From NCBI GenBank assembly GCA_023213395.1, contig CM041465.1, positions 184,023,741 through 184,087,740 on the forward strand: a stretch of DNA of 64,000 nt. Direction: 5' to 3'. Below the pieces are notes generated by a model. The model did no database searches. It was not told the origin of the DNA and saw nothing but the letters and a program-made list of their open reading frames with translations. The position numbers were made by a program, and so were the translations under genes. The DNA comes from Cycas panzhihuaensis (Eukaryota; Plantae; Cycadophyta). Below are positions 11,501 to 25,001 of this stretch, in pieces. The first letter of the stretch is position 1; every line of letters begins with the position of its first letter.

Positions 11501-13682
11501 AACTTAGATAAGAGTAATATCTTCTTTTTGAACACTATAGAGAGGACTCAAAGCGCTATCAGCAAGATCCTGGAAATTCCCACTAAGACGCTGCCTACCT
11601 TATACCTTAGTATGCCCCTATTTGTTGGTAGAATGGAGAAGGACCTTTGGAACCCAATGATTAGTAGGGTTCAAAGGAAGCTAGTAGGATGTAAATGGGC
11701 TTTATTGAGTCAAGTAAGGAAACCCCAATTATTGGTAGCATCCCTTTAGAGTATCCCTACCTATATCATGTTTCTATTTAGGTGTCATGTGAAGGTTATA
11801 AATGCCCTTGAGTCTATCTAGAAAAGATTTTTCTGGTCTCAAGTTAAGGATAAGGAGAGAATCCATTTAGTGTTTTGGGAGAAAGTGTGCCTCCTTAAAT
11901 GGGTAGGAGGCTTAAATGTTAAGGATATAATATGTTTCCATAGAGCTCTAGTAGCCAAACTGGGATGGAGTTTTGCTATCAAGGAGGAGAGGCCTTGGTG
12001 CAAGATTTTTACTTAGAATACCTTAGGGATAATCAATATTTGAAGCATATTACCCTAGGAAAATAAAGTTCTGCCATATGGAGGAGTCTAATGTATATGA
12101 AGAAGATGCTGGCAATGAGGACCTAGTGGTGCTTAGGGGATGGAAATTCTATTGATTTCTAGGAGGATATCTAGTGTGATCATATCCAACTAAACAAGAG
12201 ACCTATCCTCACACCCTTATAGGTAGATTGTGAAAGCATTTACAGGACAAAGGTGAAAGATTACTAAGAGATATAGGAAGATGTGAAGAAATGGAAATGT
12301 TTTGAAGATATCCCCTAATTATTAGAATGGTGAATAGTAAATTATAGCTCTTAGTAATGAGATAAATAAAATCTACATTCTTAGTTTTCCTAAAGATGAC
12401 ACTCTGGTCTAGCCTAAGTCCCCCTCTAGAATCCATACGATAAAATCTAGTTATCTATTTCTAATTTTTGAGAAAGGTATAAATAAAAATAAGCTCTTGG
12501 GTGGAGTCTGGAAAATGGGGTTATTGCCCAAGATTGTCATCTGTTGGTGGCTTTGTCTCAACAACAAGATTTTTACCTTGGATAATCTAAGGAAGAGAGG
12601 CTTCTTGATGGCGAATAGGTGCATCCTTTGCCTTCAGGAGGAGGAGTCCTTAGATCATATTTTCTTGCATTGTACCTTTTCTAGGGAGGTGTGATCAAAG
12701 TTGTGGAGCTCCTTTGGGGTATCCTCAATCCTTTCCAAAACTATTAAGGACCTTATAGAGGCTTAGGTTAGCCCCTTTAAATGTGTGACTCTGAGCTCCA
12801 TAAGGATAACATCCTTACCCACATTGTTATGGGACATATGGAAAGAAAGGAATAGGGGCAATTTTCAAGATAAAAGAATGAATGATTCAAATATTTTTGG
12901 AGTTATTATGGCTACCTTGAAAAAGACCCTCAAGGAGAAGGAAGATTATTCTATCCTCCCTGAGGATAGGAAGATCCTTACAAATTAGGGCATCAAGAAC
13001 ATCAATCTTAAATTAAAGGATGAGAGGTAAGGAATATAGAGTCCACCTCCATATTATTAGGTTAAGGTAAACTTTGATGGAGTGTCAAAAGGTAATCCCG
13101 ATGAGGTGGGGGGTAGTGGGATTTATAAAGATGGTGAAGGTAAGGTAATCTGGGCCTTTGCTAAATACTATGGCACCCAAACTAATCATGAGGTAGAGCT
13201 TAAAGTGATGTTTAGAGCTATGGACATCGTATCCAGAGAGAGTAGCCTGAGAGTCATAGTGGAAGAGGACTCTTTGAATGTGATAAAACTGATTAGAGGG
13301 GAAGCAAAGTCAGATTAGAAGCATCGAGTTATGATCAATGATGTAAAGATGCTTCTCCACAAGAGAGAAAATGTCCAATTAAACCACATTTATAGAGAAG
13401 GGAATATGGTAGCTGATCAGCTTACAAACTGGGGGGTTTAGCTTAGAAGGAATGAGGTCTAGAAGGACGATTTGCCTAAAGAAATAGTGGGTATGGTTAG
13501 AAAGGACTTGGGGGGCATAAGCTCTAGATGAGATAGCTTATCATAGGTTTATATGGATATCTAGGCCATGGGCTTGTCATGGCTAATCCTTGTAGCTAAA
13601 TTGGCAGATTTTATATAGGGTTTGGGGTCCCCTTCTAATCCCCTCATTTATTTAAACCATATCAAAAAAAAAAAAAAAAAAA
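8563..13682 (+). mobile_element. 5'-truncated L1-clade LINE (ORF1 C-half, ORF2 EN-RT-zf-RNase H), pseudogenised
   Basis: KQIPLWV/zinc-knuckle CLKCKHLGH; ORF2 ATG 9480 (MKLTSWNIRG); EN PWLIIGNFN; RT GLGQGDPL and HFMDD; zf CILC..EESLDHIFLHC; RNase H NFDGVSKGNP, VEEDS, HIYREGN; poly(A) 13664-13682. Confidence 0.93.
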
Positions 13683-15369
13683 CATATATTAACTTCTTAT
13701 TCCACCATGGCTATTGAATAACTCACCACTAAAGGGTCATACATACCTACGAAAATTTTCCATTGATCCGCTCTAGTTAGAATGCCCTACAAACATGTAA
13801 AAAGAAAAAAAAAAGAATATATATATTAAGATGCAAGGTTGTGATTTTTTTATTTAGATGCAAATATTTATTTTTTAAAGAGAATATTCTCTTCTTAAGA
13901 AAAAGAATATTCTTTCTCATCAAAATTAATATTCTCCTTAAGGAAAAAAATACTTCCCACTTGAAACAAACATTTTATGATTAAAACTAAAGTAGACCTT
14001 AGAACAAAAGTATAATACTATGACTAAAATCTCCATGTAAATTAGTTCACATCATATTAGTTTCTCTAAGTCATCATAGTAATATAAGAATAGTTTTTCC
14101 ACTCCAACTTAAACTCATCATTTAAGCTATCATTAGGATATGCAACAATATGGTTGAAGTGGAAGTCATTTATTAGCCTCAGATTATTAAGAAATAAAAT
14201 ATTAAAGATATGGGATCTTACCCAATGACATTAATTAAAAATAAATAACATCTTGAGCCAAGATCATCTATGTGATCAAGAGAAGATATTAGATCATTTT
14301 TAAAGCTTTGAACATAGATATAAGAGAAGATAAAGGTCATAACATTCTTATAATTGATGAGTATCTAAATTTTAAAGGCAAATCCAAGTTTATTTATGAT
14401 TCTTAATAATTAGGTAAAATATGAACAAGAATATAAGGGGGTATATATGTAATATATAAAAGAGCCTAAATATTATAAATCATAAGTATATTTATATAAT
14501 TATTTCATCAACATGCAAGCTTGTTGAGAAGCAAGTATATGAGGTTGAACATATACATGAATATCTCTAGATAATGTGGCATAGATAGGAATCATGTCTT
14601 GACTACTTAGACAAAACGGTACCCAAGCAATATATACACTCATTTAATAGGTATGTAATAACATTGAATGTTGTTACCCTAGTTAACATGAGGTAATGTC
14701 ATAATAATCTCATGCAGGCTCATGTATAACTTATAAAACTAGAAACAGGTAATAAAATAATTAGGCAAAAAGAAAATGAAAATTAGTGGATTTAGGAAGA
14801 TAATGACTCCACATGTAATATAGAGGACATTCATAATATTAAAGATAAAAATTTTGTAAATTATACTAAAAAAATTAGCATATAGGAAATTAAGGATGGA
14901 ATATCTAAAATTGAAGTTAATAAAGTCCTAACAACATATTTATACTAGTATATCATAATTTATAATTAAAAGATTAAAATTATACCCTAGAATACTAATT
15001 ACTACTAATAATAATAATTTTATCTCCTAATCAATCTGAGTGAGTGCTAGGGACTAATATAAAGTACCATACCTTTAAAAATTAGTATCATAAAATAACA
15101 CTAACAATAACTTTTAAGAAGATAGATACAACAAACTTACAGAAAGCGAATATATGAAATATAGTACATGATTACAATTTACAATTAGAATGATATCAAA
15201 GATTCCTAAAAAATAACCCTAAAATAATAGATAGTAATAAAAGAAATCTTAGTAATCTTAGAGGCAACAAGTACTGGAATACTCCTAAGAATTTCCAATG
15301 GCATATGGCCATCCAAGATTTCTTCTATTAGGAAAGTTGTTATTGTTTAAAGTTTTGAGAATTATAAAA

Positions 15370-15747
15370 TTATTATCATACATGATTGCACCTTCTAAAG
15401 AAGTTGATAGAACTGGTCTATGAGGTATTTGAGAATTTAAGCTTTATAGGGACAAATACTGAGATAACTTCATTATAAAATACATGATACTATATATAAG
15501 TATAAGCACAAGTATTTGGAAAAGGTCTTTTGAAGAGGAAACAAGTAGGGGGAACTAACGGATGATGAGAATGTGGGAGGCTTTGGTGGAGTATGAGTAT
15601 ATAGAGGAAATATGTTATGGGGATGAATTATGTTGAGAAATTTAATTAGTTTACATTTGCTAAAGAGGACCTTTAAGGATTAGGTCTTATTGACTAAGAT
15701 CATATTAAGTAGGAAAAAAGGCCAAGCTTATCAAATTATAGCTAACA
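15370..15747. repeat. LTR-like repeat related to 26262-26633
   Basis: Shared blocks (tttggaaaaggt, gggggaactaa, ggatgaattat, ttaggtcttattgactaa, gc(t/c)aaca end); strongly diverged, no matching TSD found. Confidence 0.6.
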
Positions 15748-16634
15748 TTAGGGTAGAGAATTACATATGAGAAAATAGGATATAAAGCAATTAACTACAT
15801 GTTTGTTCTAATAGAATTATAGTGTATGAAATCCAAATGCCAAAAAAAAGGCTAATTATAGGAGCTATAACTATTCATTCACAATCAAATGGGTGGAAAG
15901 TTACTTAGAGCAAAAATCTTATAAATTAGAATGGTTGATCATATGTATGATCTTTATATTTGAAGCTCGTACTTTATATCTAGTATGTCAAATACTCATA
16001 CATTTATGAACTTTACCCCCATTTCTCACTAGGGTTTATCCTTAAAGAAAGACTTCAATAAATAAAAACTTAAATATTCGAAGCACAATGCATCCGCATA
16101 ATATACTTTAGCTCAGAAATTATAAAACATCAAAGTACCTCATTCACCACTAAAATAATTTAAAAAATCTTCATTGTACTTTTAAAAAAATACTTTGGGT
16201 TTGAAGAGTTACTCCTCTTACAATCTCTTTCCCTTTTAGACACTTCAAGGGAAAAGATGTTACAAATAAAAAGTAATTTTTTTATAAAAACTCTTTTTTT
16301 AAAAGGATAGTTATGCCGAGAAGAGCTACTTTAGTAACTGATTTATATGATTACCATATAATCAAATTATATGATGAATTATTACCTTGATAAATGTACT
16401 CCATCATTATTAACATCTTAAACATTACTTACCTTTGGTTTTTTATTAATATTGATATTGTAATAGGTGAACTTAGTCGATTTGATGAATGATGAATGTG
16501 CATCCATCCTTAAATATAGGAATTTAGTTGATAATTGCTTATTTTGCATGTGGTATCTAGTTGGTAAAACTTCTTGTTAGTACGTGTCTTTTAATAATTT
16601 CTATCAAATTTTCTATTAGGTAATGTGACAACAA

Positions 16635-17204
16635 TAGTTGCAGGCTAAAATTTTGGTATGTTGGCAGCGTAGTTTCCTCCTAAGCCTTCCTCGGGGGATT
16701 CCAAGGGACGTGGGAGCTCCCCTTGGCCAGGGGGGTATGGGGGGTGTGGAACAGGCCCCTCTAAGAGGGGGTTCAGGGGTGATAGCCCCTAACCCAAAAA
16801 ATTAACACTGGAAACTATATTAAATTGTAAAGAGAATTAGGGTCGTTCAATAAAAATACCCTAGATTCTATGGTCCAGATTTGTGCCTTGTATGATTCTC
16901 TCATGTAGCCCAATTTAGGGCATATTTCTTTATGTTGAGGTTGTTCAATGTACTATGATGAGTTGGTCAATTGGTTATTGTTGCTATGAGCACTTTACTA
17001 TAAGATTATGTACACTTTCTCTATTCTGTGATAATAAAGATCAATACCTTTCCTATGTGGATGTTTCCCTAGTATACTACTAGGGTTTTACCACATTATA
17101 TTGGGTGTATTTCTATGCTTGACTTTCTTGTTCCTTTTATTATTATATCTTTGGTTTAAGAACTTGCATGTAATTTTTAGTTTCGATTTCTATAACTAGT
17201 TGCA
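16635..17204 (+). mobile_element. Solo-LTR-like Copia repeat with GC-rich hairpin block
   Basis: GC-rich GGGGGTTCAGGGG..AGCCCCT block; U5-type GTGGATGTTTCCC...GGGTTTTACCAC; flanked by direct repeat TAGTTGCA. Confidence 0.55.
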
Positions 17205-18602
17205 AGAATAGTCTAGATCTTGGTGGCAGTTTAAGGGTTGGGACCTTGTCTTCACAACAAATTCATCATATAACTATAAGGTTGAATGATTTAAGTGAAC
17301 CTAATTTTATAGGCAAATAGACAATAGAAGTTTTGATGACCTATGCTGCTTGCCATAAATATTGAGGGGACTTATGTCGTTACCTCTCCTAAATTTTCAT
17401 AAATATACATTCTAGAATTTTAAAATTTCCTTGTAATTTTTATGAGGGATCATGACCTTTTCCTTAACACTTTGTTGCTATAATATCATTATAAGGAATT
17501 CAATAGGAACTCCCACGTAATCCAAATAAGTCTTTTGTGACAGTCTATTATGAGAATGTTAACCTATTTTAACTCATAACTTTAAACTAAGAGAATGCAT
17601 AAGAGACCCCACATACTAGGTTATCAAGCCTATATTTCCCTTTTAATCTATAGTTTAAGTCATAACAAGAGAATACAATATGAGTTGGTAACGTTAGGCC
17701 CCTTATTTTTTATAACTTCTTTGGATATTATAAAAAAACTATCTTATTATATTTAAAGTCATATTTATCTATTAAGAGCCATATGTACATATGCTATAAT
17801 GAAGAGGAATCTATACTTGAGAGGCTACATGATAAAAGGTTTAAAGTACTTTTTATTAATTAGAATGGCTAAATGTTTATCATAGCCTGTGTTTTATTAT
17901 TAAATAGTGAATATAAAACTAATTATTCATCTTTAAAACCTTTGCAAGACTTTTACTTCTTTAACATATGCTAGAGACCAAATGCTTTAAGTTGTTTTGG
18001 AAGATCTCATGTGTGAAGCTCGTAGTCCCTTGGAACTTTATTTTTAAAGAAATAGGAATTCTTGATTAGGTTGACTATAGGTTCTAAATTTTATCATGTT
18101 TGTAAGAATTTACCTTTCATCACCCATACCATTTACAACTTTACCTACGTCATGTAATATGTTTTATTCCTAAAGGTAGGTAACTCAATATTGATAACAA
18201 AGAGAATAATATAAGTTCTATCATCTAATGAATCAATAGAGGACCACAATTTGGCTTCTTGGCTACTTATACATGATTTAGACATCTTTCCTCTTTAGGC
18301 AATGTAATTAAATCCCTTCCTAGACAAAAGGTGATATTGGACATCCTAATATTTATGGATGCCCCTATTTCATGAGTCCAGTTTCTTCCTAGTAACATGC
18401 CATAAATGTGGGGTATATCAACTACCATTGCTAAAATGGAAATTGATATTCTTAGACAAGCTATTAAGTATACCATTAGATGTTTAATTATCATTACTAC
18501 TACAATATATTAAATTTTCATGGTTCTTAAACCTTCTTAACTTCTATGACATTCCAAACCCAAAGCTTACATCATAACATATGGCATTATATTATGGGCT
18601 AT

Positions 18603-19712
18603 TATTAGGGATCCAACCCCTAACTTACCTTCTCTTATATTCTCTTATATCTTATACTTCCTCTCTCTCTAATCTTCTCTTATATCTTCTATTTCTTCTA
18701 CTTCTTCCCTCTTCTTAATATCCCATATGTATAAGTAAAAAGTTGAGTAGTGGTCATTAAGCACTATATATATTCATGCAATATCCCATATGTGTAAGGA
18801 AGATGTTATGTAATGAGCATAGAGCCATATATATATTTATGTAAATTTAGAGTAGGATATCTTAAATATCATTATTATTGCATGTAATTGGGAGGTTGCC
18901 CCCTAGAAGGGTATTACAATACAAGTGCTCTTTTAGAGTCATTTTTGTATTATATTAGTGTGCAATTATTATTAAGGAGTGGTATCCTACCAAGTGGTAT
19001 TAAAGTAGCTGATCTATACCTTATGGGAGAGTCAAAGGTATTAAATAATCAATTTTTTTCTATTAGTTTTTTCTCATCAATACTTATTCTCATTTAATTT
19101 CTATTTAGTTACTTTACTTTTTCGGGGTAGATAACATTGTAATCGAGTAGCTACCCTAACACTACCATAGATAATTTTTTGTTATATTTAGATAGAGACC
19201 CTATGTTGGGGGTCTATAAATATCATGAGGATCTATCATTTTGGGCTAAATGCATTATGGATTTTCCATCCCTTGCATGAAGGACTAGAGATCACACTCT
19301 TGAATCAAGCCTTAGATAGAACTTAAAACTTGACTACAGAATTGTGCCTCCACATACCTACAGGTATATAAGAGGACCCCCTATATAGGCCTTCCTAGTA
19401 TAGGTAACCATAGGAAGCCTATTAACTGTTTGTAATTTATAGTATATCAGTAGGTAGTTAGCCCCAAGAAGGTACTCTCCATGTACCCTAAAGATAGAGT
19501 AGGATGACTGCTGAGTAAAACATTAGCCTTTATAAGTTTATACTATTTACAATTGGGATCAATATATTGAAGGGCCTACAAACTAGACAATCCCAAACTT
19601 AGTATACCTAATTAGTCTACTAGTAGTCTATATGCACCTAGTCAGCCAGTGAGTCAACCATCATCAATTAATTTGTCATTAGTTCATATATACATAGTTA
19701 GTCAATCAGGCA

Positions 19713-19754
<42 letters not shown>

Positions 19755-22700
19755 ATATTGCCTCATTGTAAAACATTAGGGATAACAGGCTATAGACATC
19801 CTATCAAATCCCTTTCATTGACATTTACCAACCAGGATTTAACTTAGGTCTTATGAACAAATGGCCCCTAAGATGAAACCTAATTGGACTCAAGATCTCA
19901 ATGATGTCGTCATATAACTTTGAAGAGACATATTACAAATCTAAACCGATTTTAATGAAAATTTTAAAGTAGTAATGCTGGAGCTTATAACCATGAAACC
20001 TTTTAAGAAAGAAAAGATTAAATTTAATAATATTACTCACATAGGCAGGGCTTGCTTCACTAAAGAAGATGAAGATAATAATGGCAAGCACTTCCATCTT
20101 AACTTCCTTCCCAAGGTAGAAATCAAGAAGTTCAATGGTATAGATGTACATGCTTGGATCACCCAAATAGAACAATACTTTTCTCTTCATCAAGTTCCAG
20201 TAGATAAGAAGATCTCTCTTCTCTACACATAGAAACTAAACCTTACCAATGGTACCAATGGGTTATGAAAATAATTAATAGGCTCAATTATTGATGGGAG
20301 GGCTTTATCAAGGATCTTACAGCTCAATATGATAGTACTTTAGATCATGACCACTTTAACTAGTTAGCTAAAGTTAGATAGGAGGGGACTATCTCAGCTT
20401 ATACAGTAGAATACCAATGTCTCTCCATAAGGATTGATGGTCTCTATCAGAATAAATTACTTAAGTTATACATTAATGGATTACGAGATGACATTAGACA
20501 TGAGTTACGACTCCTAAAACCTAATAACATCTTTATAGCTATCAATTTTTCTTGATATATTGAAGTAAAAAATAAGGTATCTCGACCCCTCCTATGAATA
20601 TTCCCAAAAAAACAACCACAATTTTAGGTTCCTAGTGTGCGACAAATGACTTTCAAAGAGATGGATGAGAAATGGTTGAAAAGGTTATATTTTGATTGTA
20701 ACCAAAAGTGGAATAAATACCATAAGTGTCCTGAATGACACTTATTCATTATTGAGGATGTCCAAGAGGATGAACCAGTAGAGGAAGCCTTATTAAAACT
20801 AGAAAATAATGATTCTGACCTATTTGAGGAGGAAGAAGAAGATACTATTACTATATTTATATATGCCTTTGTTGGAATCATAGCCCCACAAACACTCAAA
20901 CTTATTGGGTACATCAAGAAAAGGAAGGTGGTTATCCTCATAGATTCTGAGAGCACCCATAATTTTATTAATAAAAAACTTACTAAAGAGTTTAACTATT
21001 TCCTATATCATATCAAAAATTTCTAGGTTATGGTGGCTAATGGAGGGACACTCTCTTGTGGGAGAAAATGTCACAACATCAAGTTGCAAATGGGTGACTA
21101 TCACCTCTCTACTTCCATATATGTCATTTTCATTTGAGAAGTTAATGTTGTATTAGGGATACAATGTCTTAAACCACTAGGGACCATTCAACTAAATATG
21201 CAAGAGTTTTTCATATGATTTACTTTTGAAGGAATTAACTATCAATTGAATAGGATCATTTCTCCTCTAACCCAAATCATTAGCTCACATTGTATGGAGA
21301 GGCTTATTAAAAAGGGTAGTATAGGAATCATTACCAAATGTTGTACTCTGAAAGGTTAGGAACTTCCAACAAAAGAGGACATTCTCCAAGATAATGCTAT
21401 ACCAAATGACTTAAAATTGGTATTTCATTACCACAACCAGGTCTTTCAGGGTATTCCTTAAGGTCTTCCCCTAGTATGTGACTAAGATCATAGTATTAAC
21501 CTGGTAGCTAGAAGCAATCCTTCTTATATTTGACCATACTAGTATCCCTACTAGTAAAAGAATGAAATTGAACAACTAGTTCAAGAACTTCTTACTGCTA
21601 GTACTATTAGGAAAAGTAAAAGTACTTTTTCTACCTCCGTGATTTTAATAAAAAAAAAAGATATCTCATTTCACATGTGTATAGACTACCATGAGCTCAA
21701 TAAGATAGCCATTAAGGATAAATTTCCTATACTAGTCATCAATGAACTCTATGGAACAACATTCTTCATATCATTAGACTTATGGTTAGGATACCATCAA
21801 ATTAGGATCAAGGCAGAGGATGTTCATAAAACTACATTTCATACATATGAAGGACATTATGAATTTTTAGTCATGCCATTTGGCTTGACTAATACCCCAT
21901 CCATCTTTCAAGGACTCATGAACAAACTCTTTTAGCCTTACTTAAGGAAGTTTATGTTATTCTTTTTTTATGACATTCTGATCTTCAGTCATATATGGGA
22001 AGACCATCTTTAGCATGTTGATAAGGCATTACAAGTACTTACAGATAACTAGCTTTATGCCAAAAAATAAAAATGTTAATTTGGGCAAACATAAATAGAA
22101 TATTTGGGCCATATTATCTCTTAAGAAGGAGTCAAGGTGAATTCTAAGAAAATTGCAGTTATCACAAACTGGCCTAAACCTAAAAACATCAAGGGCCTTC
22201 ATGGATTCTTAAGAATCATAGGGTATTATCAAAAGTTTATTTAGGACTATGCAAGGATTGGTTCCCCTTTAATTAACTTGTTAAAAAAGGATTCATTTTA
22301 TTGGAATGATAAGACCTCTGAAGAATTTGAACACCTAAAGATGGCTTTAACTACCACACCAGTCCTCGTAACACTAAACTTTATAAAGACCTTCACCATT
22401 GAATGCAATGCATCAAAGCAAGGTATTAAAACAATCTTAATGCAAGAAGGAAAACCTTTGGCCTTTGAAAGTCATCAAATTATACCCAAGGAACAAGTCA
22501 AGTCTACCTATGAGAAGGAGATGCTAGTAATTCTCCATGCAGTTAGGAAATGGAAATAATATTTATTGGGAACATATTTCTAAATTAAAACAGACCATGA
22601 TAGCTTAAAATGTTTCCTAGCTCAAAGGATAGAATCTGAGGAACAATATAAATGGGTCACTAAAATGCAATCTTTTGACTTTGAAATCATATATAAAAAA

Positions 22701-24542
22701 GGCAAGAATAATATAGTTGTTGATGCTTTTTCTTATAAGGAAGAAGGCTATGCACTATATCCTATCACCATGGTCAGAATAGGATCAGGACCCCTTTACA
22801 AAGTAGATCATTTAAGACTTTCAAGCTGGGGTAGGGCCTTCAACCCATTATACATGATCTATAAATATTCTTTGGTACAAGAATTGGACATATATATGCC
22901 TTCACTCTAGCCTCAAGGAGCAAATTTTACATGATGCACATACCTCTCCAATAATAGGTCACACATGGTTCCTATAGATATACCACCACTTAAAACATTC
23001 TTTCTTTTAGAAGAGCAAAAAATTAGATGTAAAGAGATATGTTTCCTCATACCAAATCAACGATGGAAAGAAATTTCTATGGACTTCATCATGGATCTCT
23101 CCAAGTCAGAAGGAAAGGATGTTATACTGGTGGTTGTTGATACACTAACTAAATATGTTCATTTTTATGGCATTCAAGCCATATATAAGGTAAAGAAAAT
23201 TGTTGAGGTCTTTTTAAAGGATATACATAGGTTGATTGGTATGCCCAAATGCATAGTCAGTGATTAAGACCCCAAGTTTACCAACAACTTCTAGATTGAA
23301 CTCTTCTATCTACTTGGTAATAAATTGATAATAAACTCATCCTACCATCCACAAATAGATGGTTAAACTGAGAAAACTGAGGTGGTTAATAAGTGCCTTA
23401 AAGGACAACTTTGTTATTATGCTTTAGATAAGCAGGGTCAGTAGCATCATTGGCTTCCTTTAGTAGAATGGTGGTATAATACAACTTATAATACATTAGT
23501 AGGAATGACTTTGTTCTAAGCATTATATAGCTATGAACTACCCACACTTAAGAATTATTCCATAATCAGTTCTAAGGTTCAAGCATTCGAGGACCACATC
23601 CAATAAACAACATAGATTCTTAAGCTACCTAAGAAAAATCTAAACCTTACAAAAAATCAAATAAAATAATAGGTAGATAGAGGGTGAAGTGAATGAGTAT
23701 TTTAACCAAGTGATTAGGTATACTTACAGTTGCAAACATACAAGTAGGCATCTCTTAAACAGGATAGGTAACATAAATTACAACCTCAATTTTATGGGTC
23801 TTACAAAATTCTCAAGAAGATTGGTGAAGTTGCATATACCTTGGACTTACCACCACCATCAAGGATCCATAATGTCTTTCATGTTTCATATCTCAAGAGA
23901 GTAATTAAATAGTAAATATGAGTTCAAATAGAATTACCTATCTTAAATGAGAAGGGGTAACTTCAACTCATTCTAGAATATATCATGAATAAAAAAAATT
24001 GACATATATGATCCACACAAATCATTGAGTATCTCATCAAATGGAAACAACTTCTGTAAGAAGATGTAACCTGAGAGAATGAGCAATTTGTCCAAGAGCA
24101 TCTTGAGATCAATAAGCTTTGAGGGCAAAGCTTTTTTAAGGGGGGACTTTATTAGGGATCCAACCCCTAACTTACCTTCTCTTATATTCTCTTATATCTT
24201 CTACTTCTTCTCTCTCTTATCTTCACTTATATCTTCTATTTCTTCTACTTCTTCCCTCTTCTTAAAATCCCACATGCATAAGTATAAGGTTGTGTAGTGG
24301 TCATTGAGCACTATATATATTCATGTAATATCCCACATGCATAAGGAGGATGTTGTGTAGTGAGCATAGAGCCATATATATATATTTATGTAATCTTTAG
24401 AGTAGGATATCTTAAATATCATTTTTATTGCATGTAATTGGGGCGTTGCCCCCTTGAAGGGTATTGTAACACAAGTGCTCTTTTGGAGTTATTTATATGT
24501 TATGTTGGTGTGTAATTATTATTAAGGAGTGATATCCTACGA
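18603..24542 (+). mobile_element. Full-length degenerate chromovirus (Ty3/Gypsy) LTR retrotransposon
   Basis: LTRs 18603-18992 and 24150-24542; PBS TGGTATTAAAGT 18995-19006; PPT AAGGGGGGA before 24150; TSD gctat/gctac; gag PKVEIKKFNG, protease [25 protein letters not shown], RNase H, integrase ISMDFI/VVVD, chromodomain EYLIKWK. Confidence 0.93.
19990..24140 (+). pseudogene. gag-pol-chromodomain polyprotein remnant
   Basis: ORF-track fragments 19975-20232, 21639-21935, 22278-22559, 22965-23267 in Gypsy domain order. Confidence 0.9.
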
Positions 24543-24806
24543 GCTACTCTAATATCTATTATATAATTATGTAAGACAAATTCATTTAAAATGTTGATAG
24601 AGATATAAAAAGAAGAAACTCTTTTATTTAAAGGAAATGTGGTGATGGCTAAAATTTGTGCACCAACCATGATACTTACCCAATGGTTTTCTAATCTTAA
24701 GGCTTGAAGAGTTTTCTTCCTTATTCTTAAGAAGTTTCTTGGCTTGATACAAACTCAAACTAGTTGGGTATTTTAAGAGATCTTAAAAAATGTCAGACTC
24801 TTTGAA

Positions 24807-25001
24807 GGAATTAGAAGGAATATTGCTTGGAAATAGTTTTTTCTTAGGAAATTGATCATTCCTTTAAATAGCTTGAGCTTGTAGGGGATTAGTAGTATCC
24901 TTTATGGAATTAGAAGGAATGTTGCTTGGAATTAGATTTTTCTTACGAAGTTGATCATTCCTTTAAATAGCTTGAGCTTTTGGGGGATTATTAGTATCCT
25001 T
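24807..25001. repeat. 99-bp (33-codon) tandem duplication in the gag-protease linker of the old Gypsy
   Basis: ggaattagaaggaat...tagtatcctt at 24807 and 24906. Confidence 0.9.

Noticed and set aside
13700-15360. Possible decayed gag/pol
   Set aside because: No motif could be identified with confidence by eye.
19154-19161. CCCTAACA as the 5' LTR end of the chromovirus
   Set aside because: The end at 18992 is better supported by the adjacent PBS, matching LTR lengths and the gctat/gctac TSD.
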